Part shown: piece after piece, positions 22,556 through 31,818 of the stretch
Numbering within the stretch: position 1 is the first letter of the stretch
How the letters are laid out: the number at the start of each line of letters is the position of its first letter
Assembly (NCBI GenBank): GCA_027622665.1
Contig: JAQBYT010000002.1
Location: forward strand, 160,001-224,000
Origin: Verrucomicrobiota bacterium
Lineage (GTDB): Bacteria > Verrucomicrobiota > Verrucomicrobiia > Opitutales > Seribacteraceae
Direction of reading: 5' to 3'
Length of the DNA: 64,000 nucleotides
Made by a program: the position numbers and the translations under genes
The notes under the pieces: generated by a model
Told to the model about the DNA's origin: nothing
Database searches by the model: none
The model's input: only the letters and a program-made list of their open reading frames with translations

Positions 22556-23827
22556 GTGACCAAGCCCATGGAACACTCCGACTTTGGAAAACGCTTCGCC
22601 GGCAAGATCGGCATCGGGGAATTGATGGACGACCTGGGCAATGCCTTGGTTGCGGATCCGGCCCCCCTTATGCTCGGGGGAGGGAACCCTAGTCACGTGC
22701 CTCACGTCCAAGCTCTTTTCCGCAAGCGCATGGAAGACATTCTCGCCCAACCCGGCGAGTTCGAGCGTTTGATTGGGAACTATGACACTCCGCAGGGGTC
22801 AAAGAGTTTCATTGAAGCCTTGGTCGAGCTTTTCAGGAATGAGTTCGATTGGAACCTCGGTCCCGAGAACATTGCTCTGACCAACGGGAGCCAGAACAGT
22901 TTCTTCTACCTCTTCAACCTCTTTGCCGGTCGCTTCGGGGAAAGCAGGCGTAAGAAAATCCTCCTACCTCTCGCTCCGGAGTACATCGGTTATTCCGAGG
23001 TCGGATTGGAAAAGGATTTCTTTTTGGCCAACCGCCCGGAAATCTCTCGACTGGACGACCATATGTTTAAATACCAAGTCGACTTCGAAAGCCTTGAAAT
23101 AACCGACGAGGTGGGAGCTATCTGTTTCTCCCGTCCGACCAACCCGACTGGCAACGTCGTGACGGACGAGGAAGTCAATAGGTTGCGCACACTGGCGAAC
23201 GAGCATGGCGTCCCCCTCATCATCGACAACGCCTACGGAACGCCCTTTCCCAATATCATCTATGAGGACGTGCTACCGGTCTGGGATGAAAACATGATCG
23301 TGTGCATGAGCCTGTCCAAGCTCGGCTTGCCCGGGTTACGCACTGGGATCGTTATCGCCCATCAGGAAATCATTCGCATCGTTTCCCGTATGACTTCGGT
23401 CTTTAGTCTCGCTCCCGGCGGAGTCGGCCCGGGACTTGCCCTCGATCTTGTGCGAAGCGGAGAGATCACGAAGATCAGTCGCGAGGTTATTCGGCCGTTC
23501 TACCAAGCAAAGGTAAAACGTGCCGTGGCCCAGTTGCAGGAAGAGATGGCGGGCGTACCCTTCACCATCCACAAACCCGAGGGCGCTCTCTTTCTCTGGC
23601 TTTGGTTCGAGGACCTGCCAATCACCAGTCGCGAACTTTACGAGCGTCTAAAGAAACGTGGCGTTCTCGTGGTCTCCGGTCATTATTTTTTTCCCGGTTT
23701 GAATGAGCCGTGGAAGCACAAGGACGAGTGCATCCGGGTGACTTACGCCCAAGACGACGAGGTCGTCGAACAGGGCCTCTCGATTATCGCAGACGAGGTG
23801 AAGAGGTCTTACTCCTCACAAAAATAA
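22556..23827 (+). CDS. avtA: Valine--pyruvate transaminase (PLP, class I)
   Basis: LMDDL...MLGGGNP, NIALTNGSQ, LAPEYIGY, SRPTNPTGNV, IDNAYGTPFP, SLSKLGLPG, HKPEGALFLWLWF. Alternative ATG at 22568. Confidence 0.92.
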   Translation: MTKPMEHSDFGKRFAGKIGIGELMDDLGNALVADPAPLMLGGGNPSHVPHVQALFRKRMEDILAQPGEFERLIGNYDTPQGSKSFIEALVELFRNEFDWNLGPENIALTNGSQNSFFYLFNLFAGRFGESRRKKILLPLAPEYIGYSEVGLEKDFFLANRPEISRLDDHMFKYQVDFESLEITDEVGAICFSRPTNPTGNVVTDEEVNRLRTLANEHGVPLIIDNAYGTPFPNIIYEDVLPVWDENMIVCMSLSKLGLPGLRTGIVIAHQEIIRIVSRMTSVFSLAPGGVGPGLALDLVRSGEITKISREVIRPFYQAKVKRAVAQLQEEMAGVPFTIHKPEGALFLWLWFEDLPITSRELYERLKKRGVLVVSGHYFFPGLNEPWKHKDECIRVTYAQDDEVVEQGLSIIADEVKRSYSSQK

Positions 23828-23949
23828 ATCTTCAGAATATCTGTCATTCGCCAGCTGCCTCTGGAAATGTCTTTTGTAGCTTTTCATGTTTTCGTGGCGA
23901 TGGTTCCCGGATCGTTGGTTTCCAAATCAATGGGATCGTAAAAAAATCC

Positions 23950-23973
23950 TAACAAAACCTACGCTTTGGCGTC
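23950..23973 (+). promoter_or_regulatory. Possible ECF sigma promoter
   Basis: TAAC-N16-CGTC, 17 nt upstream of ATG 23991. Confidence 0.3.
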
Positions 23974-23990
23974 TTATTTAAATACTCATC

Positions 23991-26900
23991 ATGCGCGCAT
24001 CATTAGCACTTTGCACTCTTGTCATCTGCGGTTTCTTGGTTCCGGTTCAGGCACAAGACACTCGCTTTCCTTCGATTCTCGTAAAGGGAGCCGACCTCAA
24101 CCTGATCGAGTGTGAGATCACCCGCGTCCTCGACGATGGCACGATCTCGTTCAAGACAACGGGTGAGGGAGGTCTCGAGCAAGGTGTCGTCTACGCCGTT
24201 CTCATCGACAACCGGGAAATTACACGCATCCAAGTGACCGAAGAAAAAGTGAAGGCAAGCCTGGCCAAACCCGTACCCGGACATCGCAGCCTCAAGGGTT
24301 TCCCCAAGGGCACCAAGGTTATGCTGCAAGCCGTCGAGGGAGGCGGGGTATCCACATACGTGCCGCTCCGCATGGACGAACTGACGATCGACGTGAAGGT
24401 AGTGGCCAACCTCGCGGTCACGACGATCTCAATGAACTTCCACAACGACCTCGACCGCGTGCTCGAAGGACGCCTCAATTTCCCTCTCGGGGAAGGCCAA
24501 ACGGTTTCCCGCTTCGCCATGACCGTCAACGGCAAGCTTCGCGAGGGCGTGGTGGTGGAAAAGGCCAAAGGGCGACAGGTATTCGAGAGCATCGTCCGCC
24601 GAGGTATCGATCCGGGCTTGCTCGAGTGGACCAAGGGCAACGTCTTCAAGGCCCGTGTCTATCCGATCCCGGCCAAGGGGGACAAAAGGATCGTCATTGC
24701 CTACGAGCAGGAGCTCAAGGATACGGGCAAGGGCTTTCTCTATTCGCTCCCCCTGCACTTCAAGGCCAAGGTCGACCGCTTTCACCTCCGGGCCGAAGTG
24801 TTCAAACAGGACTTTGCCCCACACCTCGGCTCCAACGAACTGGCCAACTTTCGGTTTGAGAAATGGAACGAATCGTTCCTCGCAGAGACAAAGAGGGAAA
24901 ACTACCTGCCCAACCAAAGCCTTGCCTTCCTGCTCCCCAAGCAAGTGGACCGCCAGCGCATCTTCGTCGAAGAGGAGAACGACAAGACCTATTTCTACCT
25001 GACGATGAACCCCAAGGTCATCCGCAAGGCCAAGACTCTGCCCAATAACGTGGGACTTGTCTGGGACGCCTCTGCCTCGGCTCGCAGCCGGGATTTGGAA
25101 AAGGAACTTTCGGTCCTCGACGCCTACTTCTCGAAAACGGGGGACTTTCAAGTCACCTTGGTTGTTTTTCGAAATGAGGTGGAGAAGGCCCGTGAATTCA
25201 CCGTGCGAAAGGGAGACTGGAAGAAACTCGCGGAGGTATTGAAAAAGCTTCCTTGCGACGGCGGCACTCAACTCGGAGCCCTTGACTTGGGGAAATATGC
25301 CTGCGACGAGTTCATCCTCTCCACCGACGGGGTGTCAAACTTCGGGGATTCCGAACTCGCTCATGGCAAAGCCCCGGTCTACACGCTGAACTCTTCACCT
25401 GTAGCCGAGCACGCCTATTTGCGCTGTCTTTCTCAAGCTACTTCCGGGACCTACCTGAATCTGACCCAGCTGACCAAGGAGGAAGCCTTGGCCAAACTAA
25501 CCTCGGTTCCGTATTCCTTCCTCGGCGTTAAACTAGTCGGCAAAAACATTACCGAGACCTATCCGCGAACCGCCGTTCCTGTCGACGGTTCCTTCTCCCT
25601 GGCCGGCATGCTCGAGGGCAAGGGCACTGAGCTCACTTTGGAATTCGGATCGGGGGGCAAAGTTCTGCACACCGAAAAGATCACCCTTGACCGCAAGGCC
25701 CATGCCTCCGACAGCGGGCTTGCCCGGCGCATCTGGGCTCAAAAGAAAATTGCCGAACTCGAGCTGCGCCCGAACAGATACGAGGAAGAAATCACCGAAC
25801 TGGGCAAGGAGCACTCCATTGTCACGCGCAATACCTCGCTCATCGTGCTCGACCGGTTGGAGGATTACGTTACGCATCGGATTGTTCCCCCCGAGTTCGA
25901 CCTGCGCCAGCAATACCTCGCCAAGATCGAACAGCAGCAAAAGCAAGCGGACAAGAGTCGTGAGGAACGGCTCGCCGGCGTAATCGAGAAATTCGAGCTA
26001 AGGGTCGGTTGGTGGAACAAGACCTTTAAGTTCGGCACAGGCAAACCGAAACGGATGAGTCAGAATGGGGATCAGGATCGAGGGCTGTTCAGCATTATCG
26101 GCTCTGCCTTTGGGCTAAGCGCTGAAGCTCGTCCCTCCGATCAAGCTTTGATGCGAAGAGAATTCAGTGACGACTTTGCTCAAGGCGTCGAACTTTCAGA
26201 AATTGTTCAGTTTGAGAGCCGAGGGGCTCGCTCGGACATTAGTTTGAATACAGTCACAAATGACGGACTGGAGGCCGAAAAAAAAGCTGAATCAAGAGGC
26301 TCCGCTCCTGCAGGCGCAATCAAGCTCAAGAAATGGAACCCCAAGACCCCCTACCTCGCCAAGTTGAAGAAAGCCAAGGAGGCGGATTGTTATCCTGTCT
26401 ACCTCGAGCAACGCGAGGAGAACGAAGGCAGTTCCGCCTTCTTTCTCGACGTTTCTGATTTCTTTCTCGAGAAGAAACAGCCCGGGCTCGCCCTGCGGAT
26501 CCTTTCCAACGTGGCCGAGATGGAACTCGAGAACCCGCAGTTGCTCCGCATACTCGGCTACCGGCTCATGCAAGTTGGCCAACCCAAGCTCGCGGTCGCC
26601 GTGTTCGAGGAGGTCCTTGAAATGCGCGAGGAAGAACCCCAGTCCTACCGCGACCTAGCCCTCGCCCTCGCCGCCGACAAGCATTACCAGCGGGCAATCG
26701 ACCTGCTCCGCCAAGTCGTGGAAGGCAAATGGAACGGACGCTTCCCCGAGATCGAGCTAACCGCCCTCAACGAGATGAACGCCATCATCGCTACCTGCGG
26801 AAAGGAACTCGAACCGAGCAACCTCGACAAGCGCCTGCTCAAGAACCTTCCCGTGGACGTCCGGGTTATCCTGACTTGGGACGCCGACAACACCGACATG

Positions 26901-27260
26901 GACCTCTGGGTGACCGACCCGAACGGCGAAAAGTGCTTTTACAGTCACCGTAACACCAAAATCGGGGGTCATATGTCACCCGACTACACGGGTGGCTACG
27001 GACCCGAGGAATTTCTTCTCAAACGTGCTCAGCCGGGCAAATACCTCGTTCACGTCAACTACTACGGCAATCGCCGGCAAGTCATTGCGGGAGCCACCAC
27101 CGTCCAATTGGAAATGACCACCGACTTCGGCAAGCCCCATGCCAAGACCGAGGCTGTCACTCTGCGTCTGCAGGGATCCAAGGAAGTGATCAAGGTCGGC
27201 GAATTCGTCATCCCGGGCAAAAAGAACAAGCAACAAACCATCAGCAAGGAGAAGAAGTAA
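23991..27260 (+). CDS. VIT-domain / vWA-like / TPR / DUF2135 (YfaP-like) secreted protein
   Basis: FHNDLDRVLEG, VRRGIDPGLLE, WDASAS, STDG, TSLIVLD, EEPQSYRDLA, LTWDADNTDMDLWVTDP, GYGPEEF. Confidence 0.88.
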   Translation: MRASLALCTLVICGFLVPVQAQDTRFPSILVKGADLNLIECEITRVLDDGTISFKTTGEGGLEQGVVYAVLIDNREITRIQVTEEKVKASLAKPVPGHRSLKGFPKGTKVMLQAVEGGGVSTYVPLRMDELTIDVKVVANLAVTTISMNFHNDLDRVLEGRLNFPLGEGQTVSRFAMTVNGKLREGVVVEKAKGRQVFESIVRRGIDPGLLEWTKGNVFKARVYPIPAKGDKRIVIAYEQELKDTGKGFLYSLPLHFKAKVDRFHLRAEVFKQDFAPHLGSNELANFRFEKWNESFLAETKRENYLPNQSLAFLLPKQVDRQRIFVEEENDKTYFYLTMNPKVIRKAKTLPNNVGLVWDASASARSRDLEKELSVLDAYFSKTGDFQVTLVVFRNEVEKAREFTVRKGDWKKLAEVLKKLPCDGGTQLGALDLGKYACDEFILSTDGVSNFGDSELAHGKAPVYTLNSSPVAEHAYLRCLSQATSGTYLNLTQLTKEEALAKLTSVPYSFLGVKLVGKNITETYPRTAVPVDGSFSLAGMLEGKGTELTLEFGSGGKVLHTEKITLDRKAHASDSGLARRIWAQKKIAELELRPNRYEEEITELGKEHSIVTRNTSLIVLDRLEDYVTHRIVPPEFDLRQQYLAKIEQQQKQADKSREERLAGVIEKFELRVGWWNKTFKFGTGKPKRMSQNGDQDRGLFSIIGSAFGLSAEARPSDQALMRREFSDDFAQGVELSEIVQFESRGARSDISLNTVTNDGLEAEKKAESRGSAPAGAIKLKKWNPKTPYLAKLKKAKEADCYPVYLEQREENEGSSAFFLDVSDFFLEKKQPGLALRILSNVAEMELENPQLLRILGYRLMQVGQPKLAVAVFEEVLEMREEEPQSYRDLALALAADKHYQRAIDLLRQVVEGKWNGRFPEIELTALNEMNAIIATCGKELEPSNLDKRLLKNLPVDVRVILTWDADNTDMDLWVTDPNGEKCFYSHRNTKIGGHMSPDYTGGYGPEEFLLKRAQPGKYLVHVNYYGNRRQVIAGATTVQLEMTTDFGKPHAKTEAVTLRLQGSKEVIKVGEFVIPGKKNKQQTISKEKK

Positions 27261-27261
27261 T

Positions 27262-27516
27262 TTGAAGAAATTGAATTTGTTTTTGATTGGGTGCCTTCTC
27301 CCTCTGATCATCTGCTCCTGCAGTTATTCGAGTTCTTCGGGTTGGAGTTTTTTAGACAGCGATTCAGTTAAGGAAGAAAAGGAAAGACGCAGAGCAGTGG
27401 ACCGGAAAACGGATAGGATTCTGGAAGTCGGCAGAACCAAGGACCGAGCGGAGGCGCGCAGGCAAGCCAAGGGAGAAGTTTTCGAGGAGAATTTTTTCCG
27501 CTCGACCCGTCCATGA
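27262..27516 (+). CDS. Small hypothetical lipoprotein
   Basis: TTG start, hydrophobic leader with CSC, charged helical tail. Confidence 0.6.
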   Translation: MKKLNLFLIGCLLPLIICSCSYSSSSGWSFLDSDSVKEEKERRRAVDRKTDRILEVGRTKDRAEARRQAKGEVFEENFFRSTRP

Positions 27517-27584
27517 CGTTTCTTTGACAATTCTTTTACTTTGCCCGAACAACTCTCTCCCCTGTCCGTGTTATAAGGTTCTGC

Positions 27585-28193
27585 ATGAACACAAGACCTA
27601 TCTTCATTTCTCTTAAATGCTCCGTGCTCATAGCGGGAATCGCGCTCTCCACTCTGTTTTGTGGATGTCTCAAACAGTTCATTCCACATGATGACGTACC
27701 TCGTTCCGGCACGGACCGTAAGTTTCCCGACTTAAACTACACTGGCGATGGAAACTTTACGGATTATGGGAGAAAGTCGGGCATCCAGCGGTTCGTCCTC
27801 GACCTCGGAGAAGTTGACTTGAAGGAAGCCAGTGTTCGAAAATACGAACTGAAAGGACTTCCGGACGTTAACTACGTATGCTACCTACGGGTCGATCATC
27901 CACTTCCCATTACAGGAAGACCTAAGGATTTCAAGGCGGGCGATATGATAGTCGAAACATCCCTGGAGGATCAAAACGGTACGGAAGTCTTTTCGGAGAA
28001 GGCTCCGCTAAAGAACTGGAAATGGTCGGGTTCGGTCGGGTCACTGAAAAGCGATCTCTACACCCGCAAGACCATGTTCACTCCCGAGAAAGGGCAAAAC
28101 TACTCCATCTCGCTCAAGATTTCCGAGGGTAATCTCCAAGCACCCAAAGTACAATTACTGTTGATGGGCGGTGGTTGGAAAGCATTTAACTAA
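27585..28193 (+). CDS. Hypothetical lipoprotein
   Basis: Leader ending LFCGC. Confidence 0.7.
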   Translation: MNTRPIFISLKCSVLIAGIALSTLFCGCLKQFIPHDDVPRSGTDRKFPDLNYTGDGNFTDYGRKSGIQRFVLDLGEVDLKEASVRKYELKGLPDVNYVCYLRVDHPLPITGRPKDFKAGDMIVETSLEDQNGTEVFSEKAPLKNWKWSGSVGSLKSDLYTRKTMFTPEKGQNYSISLKISEGNLQAPKVQLLLMGGGWKAFN

Positions 28194-28202
28194 AAAACAA
28201 TC

Positions 28203-28720
28203 ATGAACAAAATTCATATTTCCCCATCATTGGTCTTACCTGCCTTATCGTCCTTTCTTCCTGCGTAAAGTCGTATTGGAAGAACGATGAAATGAAATTG
28301 GTTTTATCCAAGACTTCTTATAAAAATGAACACATTACCTGCGATGCCTATCGAGTAGATGATGCATACCCGAGTGAAAAGAAGGTACAAGACGGCGAAG
28401 ACCTTCATGGTTATGCAATCATTTCGGATGGAGCGACCTTGTCCCTCGCATCGCGGAAAGAACTGTCTTCGGTCTTAGAAAACCCGGACGCTTACTTTCG
28501 TCACTCAACACCGATTGATTGTGCTTTTCGACCTGGAGTTGCCTTCCGTTTTAACGACAAGAAAACAAGAGTCGATCTACTGATTTGTTTCTCCTGCAAT
28601 GAGTTGAGGTATTACTTGGATGGACAGGTTGTCGGTCAAAGTTATTTTAAATTTCAGGAACTGCGTGCCTTGGTCAAGAAACTATTTCCTGCTGACAAGA
28701 AAATCCAGTCTCTACTCTAA
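28203..28720 (+). pseudogene. Hypothetical lipoprotein with 1-nt frameshift in the signal peptide
   Basis: ATG 28203 (MNKIHI) plus one base at ATTTCCCC (~28220) joins FPIIGLTCLIVLSSC..MKLV. Body carries C-x-F-R-P and ICFSCNE. Confidence 0.65.
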
Positions 28721-28774
28721 AGCTCCGTCTTCTATTCCAATTATTTCATCCTCACCTTCTTTATCCACATAAAA

Positions 28775-29503
28775 ATGCAAATCACGACCCCATTTCTTTT
28801 ATTGTCACTCACGCTTGCTTGTCTGGTTCAGTTGAACGCCATCCCCCTGCCAGGTGCAAAGGAGGCAAAGGAAGCTCCTCCCCTCATAACGAAATCCGGC
28901 GGGATCGAGCGGGACTATCGGGCGGGCAAGTTGACCGAGGCTCAGGAAAAGATCGTCCTCGCCTTGGCCAAGAAACAGGGTGTCGCGAAGGTCGCGAGGA
29001 TCTCTACCATCAACATCTATCCCAGCGCGGCTCGAGGCATCCGGGTGGATGGCACCAAGGAAGTCAATGGACGGAAAGTTTCCTACAAGGTCCTGAGCGT
29101 CAATTTCAAGCCCTGGTTTCATCCCGGTTCCGGCCCACGAAAGGGCGATGTCCGGATGGGCGACTTTTGGGCCGGCAAGGCATATGAAAGGAAAAATACT
29201 ATCCTCAGGGTAGGTGAAACGGATTACCTTTGCGGTTCCGTCCGCGGCATCGAGATCAAGGAGTGCGAAGCCATGCTCGGACTTTTTCTGGCCGGTGAAT
29301 TTACCTATAATCCAGGGGCAAGAATAAACGATATGCTTTTGGACCAAGTCGACTGGAGCAAACCCAGCAGGTTCGGCAAACGAGGTGACGCGATCTCCGT
29401 TGGGTTTCCTCACAAAAGGGAAGGGGAGGGATTCTTCGACATGGAGATTGAGATGGTTGGCGGCAAGCTGAACATCAAGCAAATGTTCCAGGCGGTTCCT
29501 TGA
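28775..29503 (+). CDS. Secreted hypothetical protein
   Basis: Signal peptide; 242-aa ORF co-oriented with its neighbours. Confidence 0.75.
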   Translation: MQITTPFLLLSLTLACLVQLNAIPLPGAKEAKEAPPLITKSGGIERDYRAGKLTEAQEKIVLALAKKQGVAKVARISTINIYPSAARGIRVDGTKEVNGRKVSYKVLSVNFKPWFHPGSGPRKGDVRMGDFWAGKAYERKNTILRVGETDYLCGSVRGIEIKECEAMLGLFLAGEFTYNPGARINDMLLDQVDWSKPSRFGKRGDAISVGFPHKREGEGFFDMEIEMVGGKLNIKQMFQAVP

Positions 29504-29526
29504 AACTATGTAGTTTGCTGGTTAGC

Positions 29527-29990
29527 GTGAAAGCCAAAGTGAAACTGTTTTCAAGAGCTCTGCTCTTTGGTATATTCGCCTTGTCTGGTCTTTTGGCAAC
29601 GGCTGCAGTTGCTCCGCATTCCTCTGTACACATGGAACAGAAGGCTACGCTGATCGTCAGTGGAAAGGTTTTGACCATTACCTCCAAAACCCAAAAGTCC
29701 ATGCATGAAAGCGACCTGCTTATTGCCCGGGATCGGATTTTCAAGTTTGCATCAAGGTTGCCTCCATTTCGAAGGGAACAACCATGAAGGTCGGTGATGA
29801 AGTGCAGTTTCAGGCATGGCAACCCTCCACCCGGTTTCCGCCCCTGCCCGGTCCGCAAGGGCATCAACCGATCCCCGCGAAAGGAGATCTCGTCAAAACC
29901 TACCTGCTTTTCAACAAGAAAACCAAGATCTATCGTCCGATCATGCCCAACGGGATCAAGATTCTCAAGAGGGTAAGGGATGCGAAATAA
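29527..29990 (+). pseudogene. Secreted hypothetical protein split by a 1-nt frameshift near 29740; similar to 49242-49712
   Basis: One extra T in TTTT (29738-29741) gives DRIFQVCIKVASISKGTTMKVGDEV, joining ORFs 29500 and 29784. Confidence 0.65.
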
Positions 29991-30073
29991 GTTTTTTTCG
30001 CCCTTTCGGTAGAGTATTCCTGATATCCGGCAACCGGCTGTCGTTTCAGCGATTAATTTACAATTCTATCTAG

Positions 30074-30167
30074 ATGTCGCGTAAAAGAGGTAAATATACG
30101 CAAATAGGTGTAGGTTTATTGTGGAGTCGGGGGCAGTTCTGAATAAGTTTAAATCATTTTCAACTAT
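30074..30167. promoter_or_regulatory. Second copy of the operator-like motif
   Basis: ATGTCGCGTAAAAGAGGTAAA, second CGCAAA 21 bp on, ATTTTCAACTAT at 30156. Confidence 0.45.
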
Positions 30168-30275
30168 CTTAGGTGATTGACCTTACTTCGGGAAACGATG
30201 GGAAACGATCAAATGCAATCACCCTTGAGTCCATTTCCTACATATTTAATCATCCGCAACCCTAATTAAATAGTT

Positions 30276-31772
30276 ATGTCCTTTTCCCTACTTTCCACTC
30301 TTCTGCCGCTTCTGCTTGGGCCCGTGCTTTTCATGATGCCCAACGTCGGCGTTACCCTTCCCAATCAAGCTCCACCTGATCCCGTCGCCGATGCCGCCCG
30401 CTTTGAAACCGTTGCCAAGCAGCTCGATTTAGGTGGCGTCCTCTATGGTTACGTCAGCGTGGACGGCGATCTCACGGCCATCGGCGCCTATGTGAAATCC
30501 TTCATGGATGAACTGCGAAAGATCGAGCCTGACGTTCCCCCTGTCGACGTTCCTGCAATATTGAAGGTTTCCGGATTGGACGCCATTTCCGCCGTTGGCT
30601 TTAGTTCCAAGAGCGTGCAGGGCGGGTTCCGCAACAAGAGCTATCTGTATATCCCTAAAGGCCGGAGGGGTCTCCTTCGCTTGCTAGGTGGCGAATCGAA
30701 ACCGTTCGACGTCGTCAAGCTGGCTCCTGCAGGATCGGATTTTGTTTTCGAGCAGGACTTGAACCTTAAGGTGGTTTACGAATCGATTCAGGAAGCCCTC
30801 GTCGCAGGCATGGGAGAGCAGGGAGCCCTTTTCAAGGCAATGATGGATGGAGCAGTCAAGCAGCCGCTCCCTCCTCCTATTCCCTTTACCATGGAAAAGG
30901 TATTGGCTGACTTGGATACGCAGATCGCTGTAATCATAGACGCCGATCCCGATAAGAAAATCAGTTTTACTCATCCCGACGCCAAAGGGTTGCATCCTCC
31001 CCTGATGCGCGGAGCCATCCTAGTCGACGAGTTTGGATGGGTGGCGGACGAGTTGGTCCAGATGCTCGAACCCATGTTGGCGCATCCCACTGAGCGTCCT
31101 CCAGCCAAGATCGTGCGAGACCCCAATTGGGTGGGTGTTCAGCTTGCGATCGAACCTGAGCAATCCGCCGTAATGGATGTCGACATCTTGTTGGAACTTT
31201 TCGGAAGGACGAACCCGGTCTTGGTCCATCATCGTCCGAGCGGGAAGCTAATCTTGGCCACGGGATTGGAGTTCGCCGAAAACCTCTTCATCCCGAAGCC
31301 TAATCTGGCGGACGATCCCGTCTTTCGGAAAACCATGCTTGATCTTCCTCAGAAAGGGACTGCCATAGCCTATGTGTCTCCCGCTCTTTTCTCCGGTCTT
31401 CGAGAGGTTTTGGAGTCGGCGATGGACGTCGAAGATCTAGGCGGAGTCGAAGACCTTTTCCTCAATACCTTCCTCAAGTTGTTTCTCCCAAAAAACGTAA
31501 GAGGGGAGGGGAGCGTGACCACTAATTCCAAGGATGGAATTCTCACCGTTTCTAATTCCGCCCACTCACACAAGGCCAACATCATTTCAAGCGTCACGGT
31601 TCCATTGCTTATGGGGGTTTTGTCTAGCTTGCAGCCAGCCTTGCCGATGATGAATGAGCTGAGGGTAGAGGCAGTTCATGATCACGAGGGGCATATTCAC
31701 GACCAATTACTCGAGCTCGAAAATGACGCTGAACCAGGCTTGAAGCAATCTATCACTCCGCGCGGAGATTGA
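30276..31772 (+). CDS. Secreted/membrane hypothetical protein, tandem paralog 1
   Basis: Highly similar to 31819-33276 (DLGGV.YGY.SVDGDLTAIG, FRNK.Y..PKGRRGLL, HHRPSGKL). Confidence 0.8.
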   Translation: MSFSLLSTLLPLLLGPVLFMMPNVGVTLPNQAPPDPVADAARFETVAKQLDLGGVLYGYVSVDGDLTAIGAYVKSFMDELRKIEPDVPPVDVPAILKVSGLDAISAVGFSSKSVQGGFRNKSYLYIPKGRRGLLRLLGGESKPFDVVKLAPAGSDFVFEQDLNLKVVYESIQEALVAGMGEQGALFKAMMDGAVKQPLPPPIPFTMEKVLADLDTQIAVIIDADPDKKISFTHPDAKGLHPPLMRGAILVDEFGWVADELVQMLEPMLAHPTERPPAKIVRDPNWVGVQLAIEPEQSAVMDVDILLELFGRTNPVLVHHRPSGKLILATGLEFAENLFIPKPNLADDPVFRKTMLDLPQKGTAIAYVSPALFSGLREVLESAMDVEDLGGVEDLFLNTFLKLFLPKNVRGEGSVTTNSKDGILTVSNSAHSHKANIISSVTVPLLMGVLSSLQPALPMMNELRVEAVHDHEGHIHDQLLELENDAEPGLKQSITPRGD

Positions 31773-31818
31773 GACCGAATCATTGCTGAAATCAACCATT
31801 GAAATATTAAGTACGAAG

